From positions 5,022,001-5,086,000 of the forward strand of contig CM035359.1 of the NCBI GenBank assembly GCA_020137815.1: DNA of 64,000 nt. The letters run 5' to 3'. Every line of letters starts with the position of its first letter. Within the stretch, counting starts at the first letter, position 1. The notes beneath the pieces were generated by a model. It was not told the origin of the DNA. It did no database searches and saw only the letters and a program-made list of their open reading frames with translations. This document shows, piece after piece, positions 1-13,200 of this stretch. The stretch comes from Hormiphora californensis. Its lineage: Eukaryota; Animalia; Ctenophora. Both the position numbers and the translations under genes were made by a program.

Positions 1-441
1 ACCCGAGAAGTTTGTCTGTCAACAAGAAGTGGGTCAAAATTGACACTGAAGTCAAATCTATAATCTGACTTCCGAGAGTTTTTACACCACTCCCAAGCGG
101 TTTAGACTGAAACAACCCTTTTGGGGAGGGGGGGGGGGGGGGGCGGAGCGGACACCTGTGTGCGGGGGTCGCGCCAGGTGTCTATGTCACCAAAACAGGA
201 GCCTCGTCGAAATCTAGAGAGGGGAGATCAACGAACTTGAGTATTTAAATTTTGTATTCAGCTTCTCTAGTCGACCACTTTTCCATGGGGTGATAGAGGA
301 GAGATCAACGAAAGGAAAGACCAAGATTGCCAGCTCAATTGAAAAGATATATTCAATTGTGATGGGGTGATTGGATGCGGGTTCTTCCTTTAGGATTAAA
401 AACATTATTATTCCAGGGAATTACAACTATGCCTGGCTGGA

Positions 442-822
442 AAATTTTGATTTGCCGCGGATGTCGTCCAGACGCCGTCTACACGACGTCAGACGGGCTT
501 GAGACGTGCCGTTCAGACGGCCGTCTGAAACGGTCTCTACCTGTTTAGACGGAATTGGAAGAAATCAGACGGTGTACTGGACGAAATCAGACGGTTTTGT
601 ATTTTGTACAATGTACTCGTCTATACGGGTTTTGCTCCAGACGCTGTCTGGCTCATACGGGCTTGAGACAGAATTTCTATTGGTGACGTTCAGACGTGCT
701 TGAGACGGGTTTGGTTTCCGTCTGATTTCTGAGGTTCCGTCAAAACATTTCAGTCTAGTCTGGACGACGTCTGGAAGGTGTTTAGACGGCGTCTGGACGA
801 CGTCTGCGGCAAATCAAAATTT
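442..822. mobile_element. MITE-like element with ~40-bp imperfect terminal inverted repeats
   Basis: AAATTTTGATTTGCCGCGGATGTCGTCCAGACGCCGTCTA ... TAGACGGCGTCTGGACGACGTCTGCGGCAAATCAAAATTT; internal AGACG/CGTCT motifs; no clear TSD. Confidence 0.7.
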
Positions 823-1223
823 GCCTCCGACTTTATCCTGTTTCAAATGATTCAAAGAGATAACAAATCTTTTTAAAAGTTAGAAATTAATTGAACGAAT
901 CAGAATACATACAAAATTTAGTCAAATTATGCTCGGGACTTGGAAAATATCTAAATTTCACAATGATCACATTCATTCATAATCAATACCATATCAAAAC
1001 TAGAAGTCACTGTCAAATTCAATACGAAACTCAAAACATTTCAACAAAATAAATCAAATGAAATTAAGAATCAAGATAATTACATTATTTTTCAGTTTTA
1101 TCATTCACGGAAAATAGTTTTTTAGTTGCTGGAGACAGAGAAAGGAAAGTAAAACCTCGTTCTATTAATTTTAAATGTTAGTTTAGTCAAACTCAAAGCA
1201 TGGAGACTTTGAATTCATGGAGT

Positions 1224-4200
1224 TTAGTATCCACCGATTGGGTTCTTGAAAACGGCTGAAGTTTCCGCATGGTTCTTTCCAAATATTTTGCTGAAATTAG
1301 GGACAGTTAGTGGGTCAATGACTTAGAAGCGGAGAGTATATGATACCTCCAATGTCCGCGGACTTATACAGGGCAAAAGCGCCTAATTTAAATAATAAAT
1401 TCTAAAAAGCAGATCTGAATTCTTCAAATATAAAGAACAAGTTCTCTGTTCTAAACTCACCCCTTGGTAACGATGCAGTATACAATCACAAGGACGATTA
1501 TAACAAGTCCAATAAGACCGAACACGACTGCTAGACTGATGTTAGTAGCGTATGTCTTGGGCATGTCAACAGAGGCTGGCTCTCCAACATAACAATCCTG
1601 GGGAGGGGAAACGAGTTAAAATTGAAGAGAGGGAATCGGGTTAAAATGGGAGGGAGGGAAACGGGTTAAAATTGAAGAGAGGGAATCGGGTTAAAATGGG
1701 AGGGAGGGAATCGGGTTAAAGTTGAAGGGAGGGAATCGGGTTAAAATGGGGGGGGGGGGGGTCCCGGGGGGTCACAGCTATCTCACCTCTGCCATAGAAC
1801 TGGAATCAGGACAGGCATTCAACATGATGAGATACTCAGCATCCCCAACAAACCCGTACTCGGAGTAATCCAGGGTAGTTGTCAGCCCGCTTACACCAGA
1901 TTTATCAAGCTAGATATGAGAGGAGGTGTTAGGATAGAGGAGGAGGAGGGGTGTTAGGAGAGAGAATGGGGGTGTTAGGAGAGAGAATGGGGGTGTTAGG
2001 AGAGAGAATGGGGGTGTTAGGAGAGAGAATGGGGGTGTTAGAAGAGAGAATGGGGGTGTTAGGAGAGAGAATGTTTGGTAGTAAAGAGGTTTCTTGGAGC
2101 ACCGGCGTGGGATTCAATCAGTGGGGGAATATTTGGTCGAGATTGAACTACCACCCAAACAATAATTTGGGCTGTTACTCCTAACAAAATATATACGTAC
2201 AGTTCCTGCGTAGAAGGCCCCCAAGTTTCTGCCACTATCCTGCAGAGCCTCACTGGAGCTATAGATCCAAATATAAATGGGCTCTGTAGTGTCTCGTTTT
2301 GAGACCGTGTCTCGTTTTGAGACCGTTGTGGAATTAAGAGATTTCTTATACTCTGTAGTATATCGGAATATGACGTTTCCAAGATTACCTGTAATTATCG
2401 TTATTTAATTATTCAATTCAATATTCAGTTAATTAGTTATTCAATATAATTCTGGATGGGATTTTCTGGTGACAGTCAGATTGGAAAAAGGTATTCGCAT
2501 AACAATGTGTAATTAATTAACTAACTATTCATTAATCACGTACCAGTATAACTAACCAATTAACTACAAAGTAATACAAGATTTAATAATTGTTTATAAT
2601 CTTGATCCTGTCGAGCGCTTTACCAGAAATCCCTTTACAAGCAAAGATAACCAATTAACTATTAGTTAGGTACGTACCAATATACTCGTGATCTCGTTTC
2701 ACAACCAGCACATTGTAGGATGAGAATGAGAAATCAGCGATGGGGACCTCTACAACTACAGTCTTTGTTGGATTTCCCTCCGCGTCCACTGGTTGAGACT
2801 CGATATTGGACCTTAATTCTGAAATACAGTTGCATTGAGTTGCATGGTCTTGCAATTCTACTATGTACAATACAGGTGTTACCTTGGTTACGAAATAACC
2901 TTCGTGCGCTGGCAAGGGAGGGGTAACCAAGGTAACACCAGGCGCTACGTTGGTTACGAAATAACCTTGGTGCGCTAGCAAGGGAGGGGTAACCAAGGTA
3001 ACACCAGGCGCTACGTTGGTTACGAAATAACCTTGGTGCGCTGGCAAGGGAGGGGTAACCAAGGTAACACCAGGCGCTACCTTGGTTACACATAACTGGC
3101 AAGGGAGAGGTAACCAAGGTACCACCAGGGGTAACCAAGGTAACACCAGGTGCTACCTTGGTCACACATAGTTCTGGCACGGTGAATGGTTTAGTTGAGT
3201 CGCTTGATAAAAAGAAAGTATGAACAATTCAATGGTTTAGATATATTTCATGTCACAAATTAAGTAATAGGACTCGTTGAACACTTGATCAAATGGCGGT
3301 ATAATCCGTCAGGCCCCAATTCTCTGACCACAGTTCTCGCACGCTCCGCAAGAGAATATAGGGTCAGGCCAATGCTCTGACAGGGTATAATTACCTGTGG
3401 TGTAGTTGTATTTGGGGGTAGTGTAGACGAGTCCATTGGCCCAGTAGAAGGTCGTACTGACGTAGTAGGTCATATTGGCACTCAGGTCATGATAAACAAC
3501 CTGTCAGGATAAACATGGGTTAAACCCGGGGATCCATGATTGCCATGATACTGTACTTGAGGTTATCATGAGAGTCACATGTAAGTGTAGTGGTTACCAT
3601 GGTTACCATGGTTACCAAGAGTCACATATAAAGTGCAGATGTCACCATGGTTACCTACTTGTTTGTCAGAGTTTATATCCTTTGACTTCACTAGATCGTA
3701 TGACATGCCACTCTTTTTGTGAAGGTGAATCACGGTCTGAAAAACACATTTGAAGATTTAGATCAGATCAATTTTTGCGTTTATTCGTCGGCCGCCGGGA
3801 GAGGCGCAGTAACTAATTAATTAATTGTTCTAACACTCCTTTACATATGTTTCGTAGTGCGGGGTGGAACAGGGTCGATCAACTAATTAACTAACTAACT
3901 AACTACATAATTAACTAAACAATTAACTAACTAATTAACTAATTCCAGGCTCACCTTCATTGGGTCTGCTTCGGGGTATTCAGGATATGTTATCACCACT
4001 CCAATCTCACTGATCCTGGTTGTTACCACTGGCATTGCAACCTCAACAGCTAATAGGGAGAAACATAGGGTTATCGAAAGCTTTTAAAGAGAAAAACAAA
4101 GTGTAGGGCTAGATCTAAATGAAAATACCGTACGAGAAAAGGTTTACAAAAACTCCCCAAAAACATTTCCATGCTGTTACTTGAACAGAGATTTCCCAAG

Positions 4201-7200
4201 CGATCACTTTTTCGATTTTAAGATTACAATCCAACAGGTCGTTCACTTACGGTTACACTCATCAATATCTAGGACATGGCCCGGGTTGGTGGTATTGCCG
4301 CAGGAGATTGTGAAGTCAATGTTTCCATTGTCAGTTCCGGTGGGGTTAACACAGTAGTACTTGAAGGAGTCATCTATAGGGTTAGTGGGGGTTAACACCG
4401 TAGTACTTGAAGGAGTCATCTATAATAGGGTTAGTGGGGGTTAACACAGTAGTACTTGAAGGAGTCATCTATAGGGTTAGTGGGGGTTAACACAGTAGTA
4501 CTTGAAGGAGTCATCTATAGGGTTAGTGGGGGTTAACACCGTAGTACTTGAAGGAGTCATCTATAGGGTTGTGGGGGGGGGGGGGGGGGTAATTATGTAT
4601 GGGGTAGTGGGGGAATAGCCAATGGACTGAGATAATGCTGTGGTTCAGGGGTTGTCTCACAATTGACTATATCTGTACCGTGATCTGGCCTGGAACGCTG
4701 TACCGTATAATTTGTAGTCATGATGTGTGACAACGCAGCAAGAGACCCACCCCTGTGTTACTGCAAATCACAATATTACCTTGGGCAAGTAATGTCTTGG
4801 TGTGGCTCATATAGTTGGTAGTCGTGTACCCATTCCTATCCAACACACACCCACTCACACAATCCCCATCAGGTACAATGTTGCTTGCGGAGGTCCCACA
4901 GGAGTATACCCTCTTGTGGGCGGTGGGAAGGGTCCAGTTGGTCGAGCATTTTATCTCAAACTATCATGGGGAGAGGACGCGGAGTTAATCACTACTAAAC
5001 TGATAAAGTGAGTGGTCTTAAAACTGAATCAGACAAGTAATCTTATCCTCGGCAGAGGGATTTGACCATGGGTGGGGTGATGTGATCTGATCTGATGGCG
5101 GGAAATTTGGGGGGGGGGTCAAGTTTCACCCCTTTTCGCTTTATACAAGTGAGATAATAAAATCACTGCGCTGGCAAGCGCAAAGGTGACCACCACCTCC
5201 CCCCAGCCGCGCGTGCCAGAAAGCAGTAATAAGTTTTTTCAGTTTTTAGCCAAAAATGGCATTTTGCGACGCCCATAGCGAAGCCCCCACTGCACCAATC
5301 GGTCTGAAATTTGGTATACAGTGTCACGTAAACTAGATCTACTGGAGTTCAAAAGGGCAAGTCTCTATCTCTTTTAGTTTCAGAGTTATGACATGGTGAA
5401 AAAAGCAATAAATGTCCCTGGTCTACATACATACATACATACATACCGTGTGCGGCAAAAAAAAGCCCCCCCCCCCTAGACCACCATAGTTGCCGATGTG
5501 GTGGAGAGCTGTAACTTGGCAGGGTTGCTCCACTATGTCTATCTTGATCCTGACAGAAAAATCAGAGCTCTAGCTCAAAATTCATTTTTTTGATAGGAAT
5601 GAACATTGTCATTCATTCCAAGAAAAAAATATTTTCGGTCCAGAATTCAAGCAATTATCTTTGGCCATCGATTAGCTTTCCAATGTGACCAAGATCATCT
5701 AAATTGGGCAACCACAAGAGACACAGTGTCATGTTTCTTAAAGTTAGTCAGGTCATGTGATCTTCACCGAATCGTTGATTATCCGGGATTGCTAATCGAG
5801 CCAATGGGCAGAGGAATCTCGTATCACGGCCGCTAATGAGGTATGTGTACCAATACAGGGTAATGTGATTCGAGGAAAGAGGACATTTATCAAAGAGCTA
5901 CAGATCTCATGACCAATCAGCATCGTCATCCCTCATTAGTAGCCGTGATACGTGATTCTCTACCACTTAGACCGATTCGTAATACTGAACACTCAACGAT
6001 TCGGTGAAGATCACATGACCTGACTAACTTTAAGAAAGATGACACTGTGTCTCTTGTGGTTGCCCAATTTAGATGATCTTGGTCACATTGGAAAGCTAAT
6101 CGATGGCCAAAGATAATTGCTTGAATTCTGGACCGAAAATATTTTTTTCTTGGAATGAATGACAATGTTCATTCCTATCAAAAAAATGAATTTTGAGCTA
6201 GAGCTCTGATTTTTCTGTCAGGATCAAGATAGACATAGTGGAGCAACCCTGCCAAGTTACAGCTCTCCACCACATCGGCAACTATGGTGGTCTAGGGGGG
6301 GGGGGGCTTTTTTTTGCCGCACACGGTACATACATACATATATATAGACGCTTTTTTACACAATTTGCAGACAATTTTCTGGAAAAACTACAAGAGATAG
6401 ACACTTCTCGTTTGAATCATTCAAAAGATAATCGTTTGAATTGTGTTATTGGACGGTTTTCATGTTCTAGGTCCAACCAGAACGTCCTTAAAAACTGTCA
6501 TAAAGTTAAGACATTTTTCAAATCGACCAAATTTCTTTGAGCTCAATTTACACCCTGAAGACGGCTTCTGATTGGAAAACGGAGACCACACTTATGAAAG
6601 ATAATCGTCTAAACATTCAGAAACTATATTGCGAATTTGTGAAACTCTATTTCCAAGGGTCTTAAATCGCGTCTGAAGTTTTAAGACTGTATGAAAATAG
6701 ATATGACGATAGTGCGTTTTTCGCCATAGCGACCTCAATTCTTGTCCAATCGATCTCAAACTTGGTCAGCATCTTTATCTAGGTAAGCCTGATAATACTA
6801 CTTCATTATCATGACGTTATAACGTCGTGACGTCACGCTATGACGTCATAATGACGTCGAAATCAAATTTTCGTGTTTTAGCGATTCCTGACGGTCTTTA
6901 CACATTCTGCTACTTCCAGACGTGTCTTACTTCGTATTTCACATCAGAAAATACCAAAAATATACCCAATTATGCCAAAAACTAACAGAAATTAGTTGGC
7001 TGGAAAGGTGACCACTTTTGTTGTCAAACTGACACCTTTGCCCGGCCCGGGTTACGGATATCATCGATGGGGTAAATCAGGGAGTTTGAGAAAAGAGAGA
7101 GAGAGAGAGAGAGGATTTTATCACCACTCCCAATCTCATTTTCCGGTGTTACACCCCCATTGAAACCCCAACAGCTAATAGGGAGAAACATAGGGTACGA

Positions 7201-10200
7201 AGCTTTTAAGAAAAAACAAAGTTAGGGCTAAGATTAAATGAAAATACCGTACGAGAAAAGTTTACAAAAACTCCCCAAAAACTTTCAACTTTGTGTCATT
7301 CCAGCTGTTACTTGAACAGATTCCAAGCGACACTTTCGATTTAAGATTACAATCCAACAGGTCGTTCACTACGGTTACACTCATCAATATCTAGGACATG
7401 GCCCGGGTTGGTGGTATTGCCGCAGGAGATTGTGAAGTCAATGTTTCCATTGTCAGTTCCGGTGGGGTTAACACAGTAGTACTTGAAGGAGTCATCTATA
7501 GGGTTAGTGGGGGTTAACACAGTAGTACTTGAAGGAGTCATCTATAGGGTTAGTGGGGGTTAACACAGTAGTACTTGAAGGAGTCATCTATAGGGTTAGT
7601 GGGGGTTACCACAGTAGTACTTGAAGGAGTCATCTATAGGGTTAGTGGGGGTTAACACAGTAGTACTTGAAGGAGTCATCTATAGGGTTAGTGGGGGTTA
7701 ACACAGTAGTACTTGAAGGAGTCATTTATAGGGTAGTGGGGGTTAACACAGTAGTACTTGAAGGAGTCATCTATAGGGTTAGTGGGGGTTAACACAGTAG
7801 TACTTGAAGGAGTCATCTATAGGGTTAGTGGGGGTTAACACCGTAGTACTTGAAGGAGTCATCTATAGGGTTGGGGGTTAGTGGGGGAGGATTAATTATG
7901 TATGGGGTAGTGGGGGAATAGCCAATGGGCTGAGATAATGCTGGGATTCAGGGGTTGTCTCACAATTGACTATATCTGAACCGTGCAGATCGGGCCTCGA
8001 ACGCTGTACCGTATAATTTGCAGTTATGGAGTGTGACAACGCAGCAAGAGACCCCCCTTTGTTACTGCAAATCACAATAATAGAACTAGTACTTCAGGGG
8101 CATATATTGACTATCGGATTGTGCAAAAATTAGCTTGCCCCTAACGATTTCTAGGTTCGGGCTGTTTTTGACAACATTTCCATGACTTATAATACCTTGG
8201 GCAAGTAGTGCCTTGGTGTGGCTCATATAGTTGGTAGTCGTGTACCCATTCCTATCCAACACACACCCACTCACACAATCCCCATCAGGTACAATGTTGC
8301 TTGCGGAGGTCCCACAGGAGTATATCCTCTTGTGGGCGGTGGGAAGGGTCCAGTTGGTCGAGCATTTTATCTCAAACTATCATGGGGAGAGGACGCGGAG
8401 TTAATCACTACTAAACTGATAAAGTGAGGAAATTAAACTTGGTCTTAAAACTGAATCAGACAACTAATCTTATCCTCGGCAGAGGGATTTGACCATGGGT
8501 GGGGTGATGTGATCTGATCTGATGACGGGAATTTTTGGAACCCTTAACATGCATCAGGGGGATCAAGTTTCATCCCTTTTCGCTTTATATAGTGAGATAT
8601 GTAATATGTAATAGTAAACATGTAAACTCCGTCCTGCCTTATAATAGGGGCAAGAGATTGCTAAGAGGTGTCAGAAACTAAAATACTGACCATTTAAAAT
8701 TTATTTTTTGACACTTTCAGTCACTTTTATGTTCTCCATCCCTTCACCTTTGTCAACAATTGTCCTTTGTTCCCCTGAATGACGTTAGTAACACCTCGTC
8801 TCTCAAACAATTCCCTTTGAACTACAAGTTGAATTCACGTGATCTTCGCAAATCTCTCGTGACACTTTCTCAAACCCAATGAGATTTAGTTCTACCACAA
8901 ACTTCGCTATGTTCTTGTAGAAGCTAAAATGAGATGTCTCTCTTTGTTTTCGTGTGTTACGTAGTTGTCGTCACTAGAGCATTTTTCTTTGATAACGATG
9001 GTGGGTGCCCGATAGCAGTCGACAATGGGTTTTTGGTTAGGTCATGCCAAGACCAAAAAGTTTCATCCTGGGATGGCTTTCTCATGAAATGTCTTAATTC
9101 TTCCACCATATACCGTATACTACAAAATGTTTACATTTGATATTGCCACGAGAACAAAAAAACCCTATGTAACGACTTTGTGCCCTAACGATTCTATCCA
9201 GTATCAGGCTTGCGGAAGTGCAGACAGTAACATGCCCTTGTACGATCCTGCTAAAAAGCTCTTCCAAACGTCCCCCGTGTGTGGGAAGTTGTGTTATAAA
9301 CATGACAAGGATATGTACGGTTTTCACACATCGACTCAAACATGTCCCAGGGCTCATGATTTTAGTGATGCTCGACTTAGAAAAACCATATCCACCGTTG
9401 AGGGCGAGATTATTACAATCTTCATTCAAGAAGGAGGATTGTGTGACGGTCGTTGTGATGAAGTGGAGCTGGAGGGAAACATGGAAATATCTATGAAATC
9501 TATGAAATGTGTCGATGAAAGTTCTTGCAACGGATATAATTATGGGGCTGTGGCTAAGCAAAAAGATGTTTATGTCTTTACTCCCTTCAACGATTTACTT
9601 GAACTGTACAGAACAAGGAATAACGCTTGTAATGATTTTCCGCTTAATAACGCATCACGTTGCTTCATTCCCTTACCACACTCAAGTGAATATCTGTTTA
9701 GTCATATGATTTATGCTCAATATGCTGGCGTATCTTATTGTTATGACGGTTTAGACCAGACAAACTGTTCGGATCCAGCTAAGATTGCCGGTTCGTGCCT
9801 TATCGGCGGATATCTCTCTACAGTTTCCATTTATGTTCTCTGTCGGGAGAATTCAATGTTATGTGATGATGATATGCACAAAAAGTGTCCAACTATTAAC
9901 CGGTTTTGCACCATTCATAAGCATCAGTTATGCAATGGGCAAGATGACTGTGCTATGGGTGCGGATGAGCGGAAGGCGACGTGTCTTAGGCTCACCCAAC
10001 GATCGTGTGTTCGTAGTTTTAGCCAAAATCAGGGTCCTGTTAGGATTCCAGTTGACTGGGTCCAGGATGGAGAGGTAGACTGTCTTGACGGGATAGATGA
10101 AAAGGCTAACTGGCAAACATGCGGCAAAGGCATCAGGAGGACAATAAAATACTCGAATAAGAAATGTAGCAATGTATTCCTCTGCAAACATAACATGGAA

Positions 10201-13200
10201 CAATTTTTAGAGGCCACCCTTTTATGTTCCTTTCCCTCAAACTGTGACGAAGAAGTGTGCCGCATGGCCAAAAGCAGGCCACAGATATCCAAAAAGATGC
10301 TAAGCAGCAGCCTATCAGTAGGAATAAAACTCAAGAGTTCAGTTTGTACAAAAGGCCTTCAGTCTATCCTTTTTCTAACAGACCAAACTTGTCAATCTAA
10401 AACGTTCCATCATCCCTTCCATATGTTTTTCGGTAGAAACTTTACAACCGAATTAGTTTTTCCAACTACGGAACGTGATTGTAGGTACTTGTACGGCGAA
10501 GCATATGTGTTTTACAGCTGTTTAGGACTTTGTTACAACACACCGTGTCCCTTGAAAAGACCGGTCCTTCATAACACTTGTAGCAACCTCAGAAACACCT
10601 TTTATTCTCTCAACTTCGAGCTTGGCTCAATTACCATTGTACAAAAGTCTCGCGAACGGTTCCACAACGACATTTTTGTTTGTAAAAACACAAACTGCGT
10701 CCTGTTTGAGAAGGTGTGTGATCTTGTCGATGACTGTGGAGACGGGTCCGATGAGGAGGAATGTACGAACAACTTCCAGTGCTCTGATAAGTCTGGGTTC
10801 TTAGCTTTGAGTCAGAAATGTGATAGAAAGATTGACTGCAAGGACTTCTCTGATGAATGTAATGAGAGTTGTAGGAGGAAAGCCGTTAGCACTGATGCAA
10901 TTTTGGGAGTTGCCCTTGTCATGGGAACTACAGGATTCGTTTTTGGAGTTGGGGGACTTATTCGGAACATCAAACAGAAGTCGGAAAAGAGTGGCGAATT
11001 AATCAATCAAGCCATGGTCCTGATGATTTCGTTGGGAGATCTACTAACATCTGTTTATCTCCTTACCCTAACTACAATCCACTGGATCCACGGTTCCGGG
11101 TTCTGTGGATATCAAATTGACTGGATAAGTGGAGCCCCTTGTACCGTGATTGGGGTTTTGAATAGCGTTGGATCATCTATTTCTTCCCTTGTGATGGCTT
11201 TGGTAAGCTGCTTCCGACTCCATGGTACAGTGAAGGCCCTTCGATACCGCCGTTCGAAGAAGGTTACTTTGAAGCTGAAGAAAAAATTATTTGTACTTCT
11301 TGCAGTAGTCACATTAATATCTCTAGCAGTATCTACTTTTCCATTGGTCGACTCTTTCAATGAATGGTTTGTCAATGGACTAGTTTTCGAAAAAGGGTTT
11401 ACACTATTTCTTGGAGTGATGGATAAAAGTCAACTGCTGAAGATTGTTCGGGGTTATCATGGAAGCCACGAAACCAGACGAAGTCAGTCTGGCAACACTG
11501 TGTCTTGGAACACATATCAAGAAATGATTTCTGAGATGTTTTCCCAGGATTATGATCCGGTAAGGGGCAAAAGGCTGTCTTTCTACGGTAACGACCCAGT
11601 GTGTATGTTTAAGGCATTTGTCCTTTCGGATGACCCGCAAGTTCTTTTCGTATGGGCATACCTCACCTTTCATTTTCTCTGCTTTTTATGTGTAGCGATA
11701 TGCCATGGGATGATTGCAATTCTCGTTAGAAGATCGCGTATCCAAAGTACCAGGACGTCCGAAAACTCAGCTCAATTGCAATGTCTCTTTGATCTGCCTA
11801 ACTGACTTTTGCTGCTGGATGCCCTTCCTTATCTGCTGCTTCCTCCACACAGCTGAGGTTGTGGATATGTCACCGTGGTACCAGATCTTTTCCCTAAACA
11901 TTCTCCCCCTAAATTCTGTACTGAATCCCGTTTTGTACAGTGGTGTAGTGACAACGATTTGGAACTACTTTAAACGTGTCCAAAATGCTGATGTCTCTCG
12001 TGATGTTGTGACTGATATCACTCCTGCAGATCCTCCTGAAGATGTTTCTAAAGATGCCCCTGAAGATGTTACTGATGTTGCTCCTGAAGATGCCCCTGAA
12101 GATGCTCCTGAAGAAGTTTCTGAAGATCCTCCTGCTACTGTTACTGAAAATGCTCCTGAAGATGTTACTGATGTTGTGACTGAAGATGCTCCTGAAGAAG
12201 TTTCTAAAGATGCCCCTGAAGATGTTACTGATGTTGCTCCTGAAGATGCTCCTGAAGATGTTACTGATGTTGCTCCTGAAGATGCTCCTGAAGAAGTTTC
12301 TGAAGAAGTTTCTGAAGATGTTACTGATGTTGCCCCTAAAGATGCTCCTGGTGTCCCTTCTGAAGATGCTCCTAATGTTGCCCCTAAAGATGCTTCTGGT
12401 GTCCCTTCTGAAGATGCTCCTAATGTTGCCCCTAAAGATGCTTCTGGTGTTCCTTCTGAAGATGCTACTAATGTTGCCCCTAAAGATGCTTCTGGTGTTC
12501 CTTCTGAAGATGCTACTAATGTTGCCCCTAAAGATGCTCCTGGTGTCCCTTCTGAAGATGCTACTAATGTTGCCCCTAAAGATGCTCCTGGTGTCCCTTC
12601 TGAAGATGCTACTAATGTTGCCCCTAAAGATGCTCCTGGTGTTCCTTCTGAAGATGCTACTAATGTTGCCCCTAAAGATGCTCCTGGTGTCCCTTCTGAA
12701 GATGCTTCTGGTGTCCCTTCTGAAGATGCTCCTGGCGCTGATCTCGCCCCTGGAAGTTGATTAACCTGTATCAACGTTGATCGTTCAAGATACATTTCTG
12801 CTAAAAGCCCCGAATTGCTACCTACAATTCTCGAACAGGTTCCGACTCACGACTGAACAGCAAAACAATCACGTATAACGTATTATAACCTGAGAATGGT
12901 TCAGTGGACACATTAGACTCTAAGCTATGTTTTCATGATTACCTAAATGGTATACAGCTTTATTTCTTTCCTTGTTAATTGAAGTTGTACATACAAATTG
13001 TGTTCCTTCTGATGCTGCTTTAATTGTGCAAATTTTACGTTTACTTTCAAACAAAAACTGTTTTCTTTCCTTGTACTACTCCTTCTAACGGTGTGTTTCA
13101 TAGCAGAGTTAACCCAAGTCCAAAATTTAAAACTGATATCATCCGATTTAGAAAATACGAAATCGTATCTTTATCTCTGCTGGAAATGTTTACACCTCTC

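Noticed and set aside
200-370. Possible terminal exon of a plus-strand gene
   Set aside because: Short open frame with no recognisable motif and no clear acceptor.
4600-4765. Possible extra host exon
   Set aside because: Candidate acceptors give in-frame stops, and the flanking exons join in phase without it.
5606-6165. Two near-identical opposing 76-79 aa ORFs
   Set aside because: They are the two arms of the foldback MITE.
11965-12795. 276-aa minus and 192-aa plus ORFs over the GPCR tail
   Set aside because: Alternate-frame products of the coding tandem repeat.
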